Source: an uncultured Thermococci archaeon (GTDB lineage Archaea > CAYQAE01 > CAYVLA01). Taken from it: a DNA stretch of 64,000 nt. The stretch lies in contig CAZJVP010000101.1 in the NCBI GenBank assembly GCA_964549615.1, positions 36,168 to 100,167 of the forward strand, in the 5' to 3' direction. The position numbers and the translations under genes were made by a program. Of this stretch, positions 48,734 through 57,712 are shown piece after piece (position 1 is the first letter of the stretch; every line of letters begins with the position of its first letter). Below the pieces are notes generated by a model. It was not told the origin of the DNA. It searched no databases and saw only the letters and a program-made list of their open reading frames with translations.

Positions 48734-49407
48734 GCCTCGAAGGTGCGGTCGAGCAGATCAACGATTTTCCTTGCCTTACGGGAGCCTACTCCCCTGACCC
48801 TGGATATCGAATGTTCAGGGGCCTGAAGGATCGAGCGAAGGCTCTTGAATTCGTGCAGTAGCCTTCTGGAGAGAACGGGCCCGATGCCGGGAAGGGCCTC
48901 CAACAGGAGTAGGGCGGTCTCCATGTCGTCACGCGCCTTGCTCGGTCTAAGGCGAGGGTTGGATGGGGAGGTGCCTATCTTCTGTGACATGAGCCAGATG
49001 AGGAGCGCGGAGGTCGCCATGTCGGGCGTCTGGAGGACGCCGATTGGGCTGGAAAGCACGAGCCTGGAGACGTAGCCGTAGAAGGACCTCATGTTCACCG
49101 TCCTGGGGCGATTTTCTGGCCTGCCCTCGATGAGCAAGAACGGCATCTTGAACGCCGCAGAGAGGTGTTGGAGCTGGTAGCCAAGCCTTCCGGAATACAT
49201 CGAGGATAGGAAGTCCGATATCGTTTTCCTCTCGATGCACACCGAGTCGGAGAGGATGTAGTCCCCGATGCCGAGATACGCTACGGTCACCCGTGCGCCC
49301 AGCTTGACGAGGGCCATTCTCATCTCGGCTGGCTCATATATGTCCATCGAGATCCTGCCGGCGGATACCGTGTTGAGGGGCGGCACCTCCCCCGCGTAGG
49401 AGCCCAA
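48730..49407 (-). CDS. Short ERCC4/XPF-family endonuclease with tandem HhH, no helicase domain
   Basis: GDYILSDSVCIERKTISD (GDxnERKx3D), LPGIGP and VRGVGSRKA HhH motifs. Confidence 0.85.
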   Translation of the reverse strand: MGSYAGEVPPLNTVSAGRISMDIYEPAEMRMALVKLGARVTVAYLGIGDYILSDSVCIERKTISDFLSSMYSGRLGYQLQHLSAAFKMPFLLIEGRPENRPRTVNMRSFYGYVSRLVLSSPIGVLQTPDMATSALLIWLMSQKIGTSPSNPRLRPSKARDDMETALLLLEALPGIGPVLSRRLLHEFKSLRSILQAPEHSISRVRGVGSRKARKIVDLLDRTFEA

Positions 49408-49877
49408 GATGCCTTGATCTCGCGAGCAATCAGACTTAAGGCAATCCTATCGCCCCGCGATAGGATTGTAAAAGCGACGCTGCTGGGAAGCAATCCACAG
49501 ATCGCCTGGCGGGGGATCTCGGGCCCATTGATTGATCTGGGTGACCGGTCGGTTCGGCGCGATAAGGGTTATAAGAGGGCGGAGAATCCGGGATGAGGAG
49601 ACCTACAGCATGGCGGACAGGGGCAGCAACATGGAAAGGATCATGCATGGCCAGAAACTCATCGTGAGGACGCAAACATGCTGGTCAGCCTGGGCGGGAT
49701 GGACGTACTCAACGCAAGGAAGGTCACCGTCGTACCTAACATGATCGCCAACGCGGGCGCGCGATGGGTTCGATGGAGGAAGTACTTACGTTTCCTTTCC
49801 AGGATAAGGGTCGACAAATCCCAAACAGTCGACCTGATCTTGAGATGGAATGGACAGCTTGAAGGGAGGTTGTTGCA

Positions 49878-50978
49878 ATGATATACAGACGGCTGGGAAG
49901 GACCGGCATCAAGGTCTCGGTCATCGGGTACGGGGCCATCAAGCTTCCGCTTCTGTCCGAAGCGGCGGCCACTGCGACGATCAGCCGGGCACTTGACCTG
50001 GGCGTCAATTTCATCGACACGGCGAGGAACTACGGGGACAGCGAACGGAAGATCGGTGTTGCCACCCGCGGCCGCAGGGACGAGTTTTTCATAGCGACGA
50101 AGACGTCGCAAAGGACAGCCAGAGGTGCAAAGGACGATCTGAGAACGAGCCTGATGGAACTGGGCATGGATAGGATCGATCTATGGCAGCTTCACACCGT
50201 GAGCGATCCATCGTCCTACGCGCAGGTCATGGGCCCCGGCGGCGCGCTTGAGGCCATGCGGTGGGCCCAAGAGGAGGGCCTCGTCGACCACGTCGGGATC
50301 ACCATCCACCGCGACCGCAACGTGATGAAACTCGCCATAGAATCGGGGGAGTTTGAGACCATCATGCTTGCCTACTCCGTCATCGACCAGGAACACGTGG
50401 AACGGGAGATCCTGCCCCTCTGCGGAAGGAGGAAGCTTGGGGTCATCGTGATGAAACCCCTTTGCGGCGGCGCGCTGGCCACGCCTCGAACGCAAGATGA
50501 GGCGGGGCGCAAGCCGGATCCGATCGTGCGTGGGAGCCTCCGATACGTGATATCGAACAGATGGGTTTCCACAGCCATTCCGGGGATCCAGTCGGTCCGG
50601 GAGGTGGAGGAGAACTGTGCCGTGGGGCGCAGCGTTCGTCCCGTCTCGCCGAGGGAGAAGAGACGCCTGCTGCGGCTCATAGGCTCCTTGGGCGTTTCGT
50701 TCCGCTACGGCCAGAGATGCCTAAGGTGCGGGTACTGCCTGCCGTGTCCGAACGGGATAATGATCCCGGACGTGTTCAGGGCCTTGGATGAGTACCAAGG
50801 GTACCCGGAGGAGATAAGGTCCATCGGCCTGGAAACCTACAGGTCCCTGAAGGTGAAGCCAGATGCCTGCACCGAGTGCAGGAGGTGCGCCAGGAGGTGC
50901 CCCGGCGGGATAGACATACCCGCAAAGCTCAAGGAGGCGCGGATGGTCTTGGAGCAAGCCCTGCGCGATGCGGGCTGA
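49878..50978 (+). CDS. Aldo/keto reductase with C-terminal 4Fe-4S dicluster
   Basis: YRRLGRTG, NFIDTARNYG.SE, IATK, IDLWQLH, IVMKPL; CLRCGYCLPCP and CTECRRCARRCP. Confidence 0.9.
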   Translation: MIYRRLGRTGIKVSVIGYGAIKLPLLSEAAATATISRALDLGVNFIDTARNYGDSERKIGVATRGRRDEFFIATKTSQRTARGAKDDLRTSLMELGMDRIDLWQLHTVSDPSSYAQVMGPGGALEAMRWAQEEGLVDHVGITIHRDRNVMKLAIESGEFETIMLAYSVIDQEHVEREILPLCGRRKLGVIVMKPLCGGALATPRTQDEAGRKPDPIVRGSLRYVISNRWVSTAIPGIQSVREVEENCAVGRSVRPVSPREKRRLLRLIGSLGVSFRYGQRCLRCGYCLPCPNGIMIPDVFRALDEYQGYPEEIRSIGLETYRSLKVKPDACTECRRCARRCPGGIDIPAKLKEARMVLEQALRDAG

Positions 50979-51061
50979 TGGGTCGGGCCTTTTGTTGGGT
51001 TTGCCTGCCCTAGGCTCGATGGGCCAGCGACAACGAAGGCTTTATCCACCCGGCCATCATC

Positions 51062-51853
51062 GTGGCAACGGGTGTCGATGTGAAGATTTCCATATCGGCA
51101 TACAGCCTGCACCGAGAGATAGGGCAAGGCAACATATCGATGTTGGACTTCATCGGAATCGCCTCGGAAAGGTACGGGGTGCACGCCGTCGAGCTGAACT
51201 CCCCGTTTTTCGAGAGTACGCCCGGCTACCTCACGCGGCTCAAGCAAGCTCTGGACGAGCACGGCGTGGCGGTTCAGAACATTGCCGTTGATCTCGGCAA
51301 CATCGCTGACCCGGACGAGTCCAAGAGGATCGACTGGGTGAACAAGAACGCTGCCTGGCTGGACGTTGCCAGGAGGATAGGGTGTCGGTCCATAAGGGTC
51401 AATGCTGGGCATGCCGAGGACGGGGAGGCCGGCCTGATGCGGTCGATCGACAGCTACAGGAGGATCGTGCGGCGGGCCAAGAGGCTGGGGATGACGGTCC
51501 TCTTGGAGAACCATGGCGGGTACAGCTCGGATCCCGACAGCATCCTGAAATACGTGTCGGTCCTTGGCACTGCGAACTTCGGCGTCTGCCCGGACTTCGG
51601 CAACTTCGAGCCCGGCATTAGGTACGAGGCCTTGGAGAAGATCGCGCCGTACGCGAAGTTCGTCCACGGGAAGACCTACGAGTTCGACGCCGAGGGAAAC
51701 GAGACGACCCTAGACATACCGAAGATCATCAAGATCCTGGAGCGCGCCCGCTACAACGGATATGTATCGGTCGAGTACGAGGGCCGCGGAGATGAGTACG
51801 AGGGAATAGCATCGACGATCGCGCTTCTGCGCAGGTGTGGGCTGGAACTCTGA
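51062..51853 (+). CDS. Sugar phosphate isomerase/epimerase (TIM barrel)
   Basis: AYSL, AVEL, LLENHGG, PDFGNF, VHGK, VSVEYEG. Confidence 0.85.
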   Translation: MATGVDVKISISAYSLHREIGQGNISMLDFIGIASERYGVHAVELNSPFFESTPGYLTRLKQALDEHGVAVQNIAVDLGNIADPDESKRIDWVNKNAAWLDVARRIGCRSIRVNAGHAEDGEAGLMRSIDSYRRIVRRAKRLGMTVLLENHGGYSSDPDSILKYVSVLGTANFGVCPDFGNFEPGIRYEALEKIAPYAKFVHGKTYEFDAEGNETTLDIPKIIKILERARYNGYVSVEYEGRGDEYEGIASTIALLRRCGLEL

Positions 51854-51892
51854 GGGACGAGCAAGCCCGAGCACGCATCGGGGCGCTGGGAA

Positions 51893-53101
51893 TCAGTAGG
51901 CCCTCGTTGTCGTGACTTCCTTGTATAGCCTTCTCCTGATCATGAGCGAGTATAGGGCGAAACCGGCTAGGACCGACGTGCCGCTCACCACTGACCACTC
52001 CGTGAGGTAGACCCAGAAGAGGGCCCTCTCCTTGAGGACAATCGCCTCCTCGTTGAGCTTGGCCAGGCCGTCGGCCATTCCCCTTATCTCTTCGTAACAG
52101 GCCTCGTAATCGCCCTCCATGTAGAGCCGCTCGGCCTCCTCCTTTCCATCATCGGCCTGTGCGATCTTCCTTTCAAGCCCGGCGGTGTTTGCCCCAAACC
52201 GGTCGACGAACTCAAGGACCGCGAGGACCAGCTTCTTCTCGACGTTAAACCGGAAGAAAGCATCCCTTACGGAGTGGATGAGCTCGATGCTTGTCGGAAG
52301 CGTCTTGCCGACGGAATAGTAGAAGATGTTGAGGATTATGTCGCCTCCGTATCGGTTGCCCACGCCCATGCTGAACCATTGTTCGTCAACATCCACCCCC
52401 ACTACCCAGGTCTCGGCCCCCCTTTCGCCGAATGTCCAGGAGATCATGTACTCGTCCTCCATGGAACCCAGAACGCCACTCTTTACCGCCCATGCCCAGA
52501 CCTTGCTTCCCTGCTTGGGGTGCATTGGCCTGGTCTTGGAACCCGCGAACCTTTCGATCCCGAGCGGTATGAATGGGGTCAGGACGGGCGGGTTGCTCCT
52601 CTCCACGCGGATGCGATAGGCTAGGTTGTCGGACGACTCGAAGCTGGGCGAAAACTCCTGAGGGTAGACCTCTGCAAGCTCCGACTCGACCAGCGACAGA
52701 TATCCTTCGCTGTCTGGCCAAAGCGTGAGCAGGGAGGAGACGCCCAGCTCGACGGAATCCCTGAACCTTCGCATCTCCGCGCCGCTGAACCACTCCATCC
52801 GGGGCTCAAGGAGCAGGAGGACGTCGTAAGCCTGCAGGAGCCTGTCAAGTGTTCGAGGGGTGTAAATTCGGGTGATCTTCTTGGCCGCCTCGTCGCTCAT
52901 CACGCCGCCGACATCGGTCGGGAGTTCCTGCCACTGAACCGCAAAGTCCAAGGACAGCCAGCCAAGTATGGGCGATTCCCCGTAGCTTGTGTCCCCGATG
53001 CAGAGGACGCCGATCTTCCCCGTGGAGGCGAAGTGGGGCGGCTTGGCAAGGCAGGCTGGGGCGACAAAAAAGACGCAGACGAGAAAGGCCAGAGCCCGCA
53101 T
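51893..53101 (-). CDS. Membrane-anchored GATase-like (DUF1355-like) protein, paralogue 5 of 5
   Basis: Signal peptide MRALAFLVCVFFVAPACLA, GKIGVLCIGD, RIYTPRT, YDVLLL, FGAN, KERALFWVYLTEW..LMIRRRLY. Confidence 0.8.
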   Translation of the reverse strand: MRALAFLVCVFFVAPACLAKPPHFASTGKIGVLCIGDTSYGESPILGWLSLDFAVQWQELPTDVGGVMSDEAAKKITRIYTPRTLDRLLQAYDVLLLLEPRMEWFSGAEMRRFRDSVELGVSSLLTLWPDSEGYLSLVESELAEVYPQEFSPSFESSDNLAYRIRVERSNPPVLTPFIPLGIERFAGSKTRPMHPKQGSKVWAWAVKSGVLGSMEDEYMISWTFGERGAETWVVGVDVDEQWFSMGVGNRYGGDIILNIFYYSVGKTLPTSIELIHSVRDAFFRFNVEKKLVLAVLEFVDRFGANTAGLERKIAQADDGKEEAERLYMEGDYEACYEEIRGMADGLAKLNEEAIVLKERALFWVYLTEWSVVSGTSVLAGFALYSLMIRRRLYKEVTTTRAY

Positions 53102-53191
53102 GATCCCGGTGCTCAGGTCACATTTCGTCTATTTAAGTGCGAAGGTCTTAGCTGGCCTTTGCTGGGCCAAACATGCGCCTTCCTCCTCTCG

Positions 53192-55813
53192 TTACGGAAG
53201 GGATCGGCCCCGATCCCTAGAATTACTCGGTCGGGGTCCCCGGAGTTGGCCCCGGCTGGCGCTGATTACTAGGACCGAGATCGCCGAAATCCAAAGCGGC
53301 TCGCCCACCGCTGCCCTCTTCTGGGAGATCTGCGCTAGGGCCCTGGTGCAGTAGTCCTCTGCTGAGAGGTAGTTCCTGGCCTCGAGCATCTTGCCCGCAA
53401 TGTAGATGAGGCGTTCCTCTGCCGAGACGTCGATTCCCAGGGCCTTCGCCGATTCGGCCTCAGTTGATGAAATCCCTAGCAGTTGACCAACGTATTTCAT
53501 CCCGGCTGGATCCGTCTGGCCTTCGATAAGATCCAGGCAGGCAGGATAGTCGCGGGCCAGGTACTTCGACCATCCCGATGCGAGGAGGGCCTCGTAGAAC
53601 GACATATCCGCGCCACAGGATTTCCCTTTCTGCACAACTCGGTCAAGTTCGGCCAGGAGGCCGGATGCGTACCCGGTGGAGACTATCCTCCAGCCCTTTC
53701 CGCCGTTGTCGTCCCAGTTGCTTCCCCATTCCGGTTCGTCTCTGAACTTGAACTCCAATGTTCGCACGTTCTGGTTGGGGATGATGACGTACCAGAGCCC
53801 GTCCAGCCCCCTGAGCATGGGGGTTTCACACACCTTCTCCACCGCGCGGCTGTTGCGCGGCCTAGAGGACGGGAACGACCAGCCGTTGACGCCCCAGACG
53901 AGGGTACAGGACTCGGACCCGTGTGGCAGGCACCCGCTTTGGGGGTCGTACTTTATGATCCAGAGGTTGGACGAGTTGAGCCCGCGGACGTGGATAGCTG
54001 GTCCCTCCACGACGACATCCTCGATGAACACGGTCGCGGCGGCCTCGTTGTTGCCTTCCAGCAGCTCGTCGATCATGCCGGACGGGTCTACGGCGATCTC
54101 ACAGATCAACGATCCGGTGGCGTTCGCTGGGATCGACCAGCGGAGTATGCTCGATTCGCCGGCCGGGATGTGGGGCAGGATTGCGTCCGCCAGTCGGCGT
54201 CCGCCCACCGAGCAGGATACCACGCAATCGTGCGCGTCGGAGAATCCTTGGTTCAGGACATATGCACAGAGCTGATCCTGACTGTTCAGGGAGATGTTGA
54301 CGGGCAAGAGGTCCGGCTTCGCACCGCCGACCAGAGCTGTGAATACATGGACGTTGTTGGTGCGTGTCAGTTCGTCCACCCCCATGCTTGGGTCCGCTAC
54401 CACGGCGAAGGTCACGTTGCCGGTCACGTTCGGCACCCACGCCAGCTCCACCGTCTGGGACGCCATGGGGCCGAGGCTTGCCACGGTCTTGGTCGCGACG
54501 ACGTCGCCGAGGCACAGGAGGGTCGTGGTGAAGGAGGTGGCCGCGGAGGCGCCACGGTTGGCCAGCTTCACCTGCAAAGAAGCCCCTTCCTTGCACAGCA
54601 CGGCCGGGTTCTGGACGCGGACCGTTATGTCCGGACGCACGTCGTCGGTGTATATGTGCACCTCGTATGGCTCGAAATCATCCGATACCCAACCCTGGAC
54701 GGGTTCGATCGATCTGTCCTCGAAGAGGACCCGCGCCTTGCTTTCAGCCCATCCAGCAGGAAGTTGGATCTTTCTGGCACCGAGCCGCTGCCTCTGGGTG
54801 TTGAGAACGAAAAGATAGTTCCGGCCATCGTGCCTTTTCAGGTGGATCTCTAGGGCCGGATCCGGAGATGCGAGCCTCTGGAATGACCCGTCGAGCAAAA
54901 CCGGGGTTAGGTCTCTCAGTTCGGAGGCGATCCTTTTCAGGTTCTGCCAGATCTCATCTTCGACCTTGGCGTACGCCATCCCCCAATAGATGATCCCGTT
55001 GGCGCCGTGGCACACCGCATCGTAGGCCATGAACCTCGTCTCAAGCCAGCTTGGCTGAGGAGTTGCCCAAGATGTCCTCTCGTGCCCGGGGAGGGCGTCC
55101 CACTCGAATCCCTGGAGAACCATGTAGATCGGCTTTCCTCCGCCGACCTGATCCAGCTTCTCTGTGTACTGGGCCACGCAGTTCAGCGACTTGTCCATGT
55201 CGGAATGGCCGTAGCCCTCCGGAACCGGGTAGATGTCGGTTCCCAGTATGTCGCCCGCCTCGGAGTAGGACTTCAGGTAGTCCACGGAGTTCCTTGGTGC
55301 ATGGTTCATCCAGATGGGGTGGAGAGGATCCAGAGACTTTATGTACAGGTATCCTCGAATCACGGCTTCCCTGCTCTTACCGGGCTGTTTCTCGTACTCG
55401 TAGTCGTTCCACGCGATCTCATCGGGGGCTTCGTACCCAAGGAGCGCCGGGTGGCCTTTCAGCCTTTCCACGTTTTCCCTCAGGATCGCCGTCTTGGGAT
55501 CATCCGCTGAGGACAGAAGCATTGTCCCGCCTAGGGTCACGATGACTCCGATGCCGTACTTGTCTGCAGCGTCCATGAACTCAAGCGACGTTGCCAGAGG
55601 GCTCAGGACGGTGTTGAAGCCGGCCGCCGCAAGCTCCTCGAGCCTGGGCTGCAAGGGCAACCCCTCCGGATAGTGGTATATCCCTATCGGGAAGAAGGGT
55701 TTGCCGTTTCGGGTCACGACGGAGCCGGCGAAAGCGGCCGAGGAGAGGAACGTGACTAGAGCGAACCATATCAAGGGCCCAACCGCCCGAACTTGGCTGT
55801 ACTCTAGGCACAT
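53192..55813 (-). CDS. Secreted multidomain glycoside-hydrolase-like protein (GH-like barrel, 2 CARDB, CBM-like, helical stalk, GEP-TM tail)
   Basis: NGKPFFPIGIY, AGFNTV, HPALLGY..PDE, TDIYP, VLQGF, HGANGIIYW; CARDB (VDELTRTNN, IDELLEGNN); WGVNGW..LEFKF..WDDNGG (CBM25/53-like); ends VGEPLWISAISVLVISASR. Confidence 0.75.
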   Translation of the reverse strand: MCLEYSQVRAVGPLIWFALVTFLSSAAFAGSVVTRNGKPFFPIGIYHYPEGLPLQPRLEELAAAGFNTVLSPLATSLEFMDAADKYGIGVIVTLGGTMLLSSADDPKTAILRENVERLKGHPALLGYEAPDEIAWNDYEYEKQPGKSREAVIRGYLYIKSLDPLHPIWMNHAPRNSVDYLKSYSEAGDILGTDIYPVPEGYGHSDMDKSLNCVAQYTEKLDQVGGGKPIYMVLQGFEWDALPGHERTSWATPQPSWLETRFMAYDAVCHGANGIIYWGMAYAKVEDEIWQNLKRIASELRDLTPVLLDGSFQRLASPDPALEIHLKRHDGRNYLFVLNTQRQRLGARKIQLPAGWAESKARVLFEDRSIEPVQGWVSDDFEPYEVHIYTDDVRPDITVRVQNPAVLCKEGASLQVKLANRGASAATSFTTTLLCLGDVVATKTVASLGPMASQTVELAWVPNVTGNVTFAVVADPSMGVDELTRTNNVHVFTALVGGAKPDLLPVNISLNSQDQLCAYVLNQGFSDAHDCVVSCSVGGRRLADAILPHIPAGESSILRWSIPANATGSLICEIAVDPSGMIDELLEGNNEAAATVFIEDVVVEGPAIHVRGLNSSNLWIIKYDPQSGCLPHGSESCTLVWGVNGWSFPSSRPRNSRAVEKVCETPMLRGLDGLWYVIIPNQNVRTLEFKFRDEPEWGSNWDDNGGKGWRIVSTGYASGLLAELDRVVQKGKSCGADMSFYEALLASGWSKYLARDYPACLDLIEGQTDPAGMKYVGQLLGISSTEAESAKALGIDVSAEERLIYIAGKMLEARNYLSAEDYCTRALAQISQKRAAVGEPLWISAISVLVISASRGQLRGPRPSNSRDRGRSLP

Positions 55814-56088
55814 GCGTGTCGGGTCTCCACTTCTTGCTATAAAGATTGTTGTCCATGTTGATCGTGCGTCTACTCCCCGCGCCGTTTCTCCTCTCCTGGC
55901 TCGGGTTTCGCTTCCCGCCGATGCGCAGAGTCGGCGTTGGATCGTTCCTCGGACATCCTTCCTTATTCGGACGAAGGAAGCCTCTGAAAACCCCCGATTC
56001 CAACCTAACCGCTTGCCGAAAGTGCACGTCCCTAAGATTTAAATGAGGAGAGGCGCTGGTGTTATCGCCCTTCTAAGAGGGATAGACG

Positions 56089-57600
56089 TTGAAGAAAGAG
56101 ACTATCTTTGCAGCCCTGGGCTTCGCGCTTGTCGCGATGCTTGGGTCTGCAATGGGAGCAAGACAGTTCGTGGGACCAGCGCCGCAGATGAAGATCGAGT
56201 GGAGTTGGAACGTCTCAAAGTACCCGAGCCTGATCGCCAAGCTGGGTGCATCGCCCGACGTGACGCTTGGCGCGGTCATAACCGACGACATCGACAAGGA
56301 TGGCGCAGTCGAGATCCTGTGGTCGTACAGGAAGGCCGAAGACCGGGTCATATGCTTGGACTCAAAGACCAAGGACCTTCAGTGGGTCTACCCGTCCCTC
56401 GATAAGGATCCCTTCCTTCAGGGTGACCCCTGGGGGATAGCATCGATCGAGGACATCGACAATGACGGAAACAAGGAGATACTGATCATCGCTAGGGACA
56501 AGAATCTCCATTGCATCACGCCGGCCGGCCAGCTGAAGTGGATGTATGAGTGCGGAGGCAGCGAGATAGCGCCGGCCCTGTATGATATCAACAAGGATGG
56601 GAAGCTGGAGATAATCATCGGACCTTTGAAGACGAGCATGATCACCGCGCTGGACAACACGGGCAAGAAGATCTGGGACTTCCCCATCAACAGCTACGTG
56701 AACTGCGGATCGACGGCGTTTGACGTCGACCGCGACGGTGAAGTCGAGATACTGACCGTGGATGGCGCAGGCAACTTCTATTGCGTCAGCTCGACCGGCT
56801 CCGAGAAATGGAGGTTCGAAATGGGGAACAGGCCCAACCAGCTGAAGCCCGTGGTCGCGGACGTCAACAACGACGGCGAGTACGAGATACTGGTGCACTC
56901 TAGGAACAGAATACTTTACTGCCTCACCTTCTTCGGCACCGAGGTGTGGCGGTTCGAGGTCGGCAAGATCCGCGTCAACGCCACGCACACTCACTGGGAT
57001 CTTTCCACCGATGCAGGGATCAGCGAAGGCGGCATAGTGGTTGCTGATGTTGACCAAGACGGAGTCCTTGAGGTCCTCGTTGGAGACTGGATCGGTAACT
57101 TCCATTGCATCAACGGTATCACCGGCACAGAGGAGTGGTATACCCACTTCCCATCCGAGATGTGGACGGGCATCACAGTCGGCGATGTCAATGGAGACGG
57201 CACGATAGACGTAGTCTCGGCGGGCGAGGGGGACGAGGACCCCGAGATATACCGGTTCTTCGGGCATACGGCACCAACCTACCCGGCGGGCGTATTGGCA
57301 GCTGTGGACGGAAAGACCGGGGCAACGGTCGGAGTCTATCCCACGTCCGTGGGTTGCTGCCAGGCGATGGGCGACTTCGATGCCGATGGCAAGCTAGAGA
57401 TAGCAGCGTACGTTTGGGAAGGCAAAGGGCTGTTGGCCGTCCTGACCATGGACGGGAAGTACGACCCCAAGCTCGTGCCCTGGCCGCTCAGGTTCCTGAA
57501 CCTGCACAATAATCCAGTTGTGGTGATAGCGGAGCCTGCATTCGTAGCAGTGATGCTGGCCTTTGCGCTGGCGCACGTTCTGAACAGGCGGAGCAGATAG
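56089..57600 (+). CDS. Secreted FG-GAP/VCBS-repeat beta-propeller with AEP-TM-RR tail, paralogue of 12331-13701
   Basis: Signal peptide; DIDKDG, DIDNDG, DINKDG, DVDRDG, DVNNDG, DVDQDG, DVNGDG, DFDADG repeats; ends VIAEPAFVAVMLAFALAHVLNRRSR. Confidence 0.85.
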   Translation: MKKETIFAALGFALVAMLGSAMGARQFVGPAPQMKIEWSWNVSKYPSLIAKLGASPDVTLGAVITDDIDKDGAVEILWSYRKAEDRVICLDSKTKDLQWVYPSLDKDPFLQGDPWGIASIEDIDNDGNKEILIIARDKNLHCITPAGQLKWMYECGGSEIAPALYDINKDGKLEIIIGPLKTSMITALDNTGKKIWDFPINSYVNCGSTAFDVDRDGEVEILTVDGAGNFYCVSSTGSEKWRFEMGNRPNQLKPVVADVNNDGEYEILVHSRNRILYCLTFFGTEVWRFEVGKIRVNATHTHWDLSTDAGISEGGIVVADVDQDGVLEVLVGDWIGNFHCINGITGTEEWYTHFPSEMWTGITVGDVNGDGTIDVVSAGEGDEDPEIYRFFGHTAPTYPAGVLAAVDGKTGATVGVYPTSVGCCQAMGDFDADGKLEIAAYVWEGKGLLAVLTMDGKYDPKLVPWPLRFLNLHNNPVVVIAEPAFVAVMLAFALAHVLNRRSR

Positions 57601-57612
57601 CCTCGCCTCCCG

Positions 57613-57628
57613 CTTTTCTTTTTTTTTC
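57613..57628 (+). terminator. Archaeal oligo(T) terminator
   Basis: CTTTTC followed by a long T run, starting 13 nt after the stop at 57600. Confidence 0.65.
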
Positions 57629-57712
57629 ATCTCGAAGGCGAGCGGCAGCTAGCGACTCGGACGGGCTCCAGCGCGACCTGGCTCTCGTCTTCAGGGCACG
57701 GGCGGCGGGGCT

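Noticed and set aside
7323-53101. Diversity-generating retroelement or mobile element as the source of the paralogues
   Set aside because: No reverse transcriptase, transposase or near-identical template/variable repeats seen; divergence is spread across the genes and looks old.
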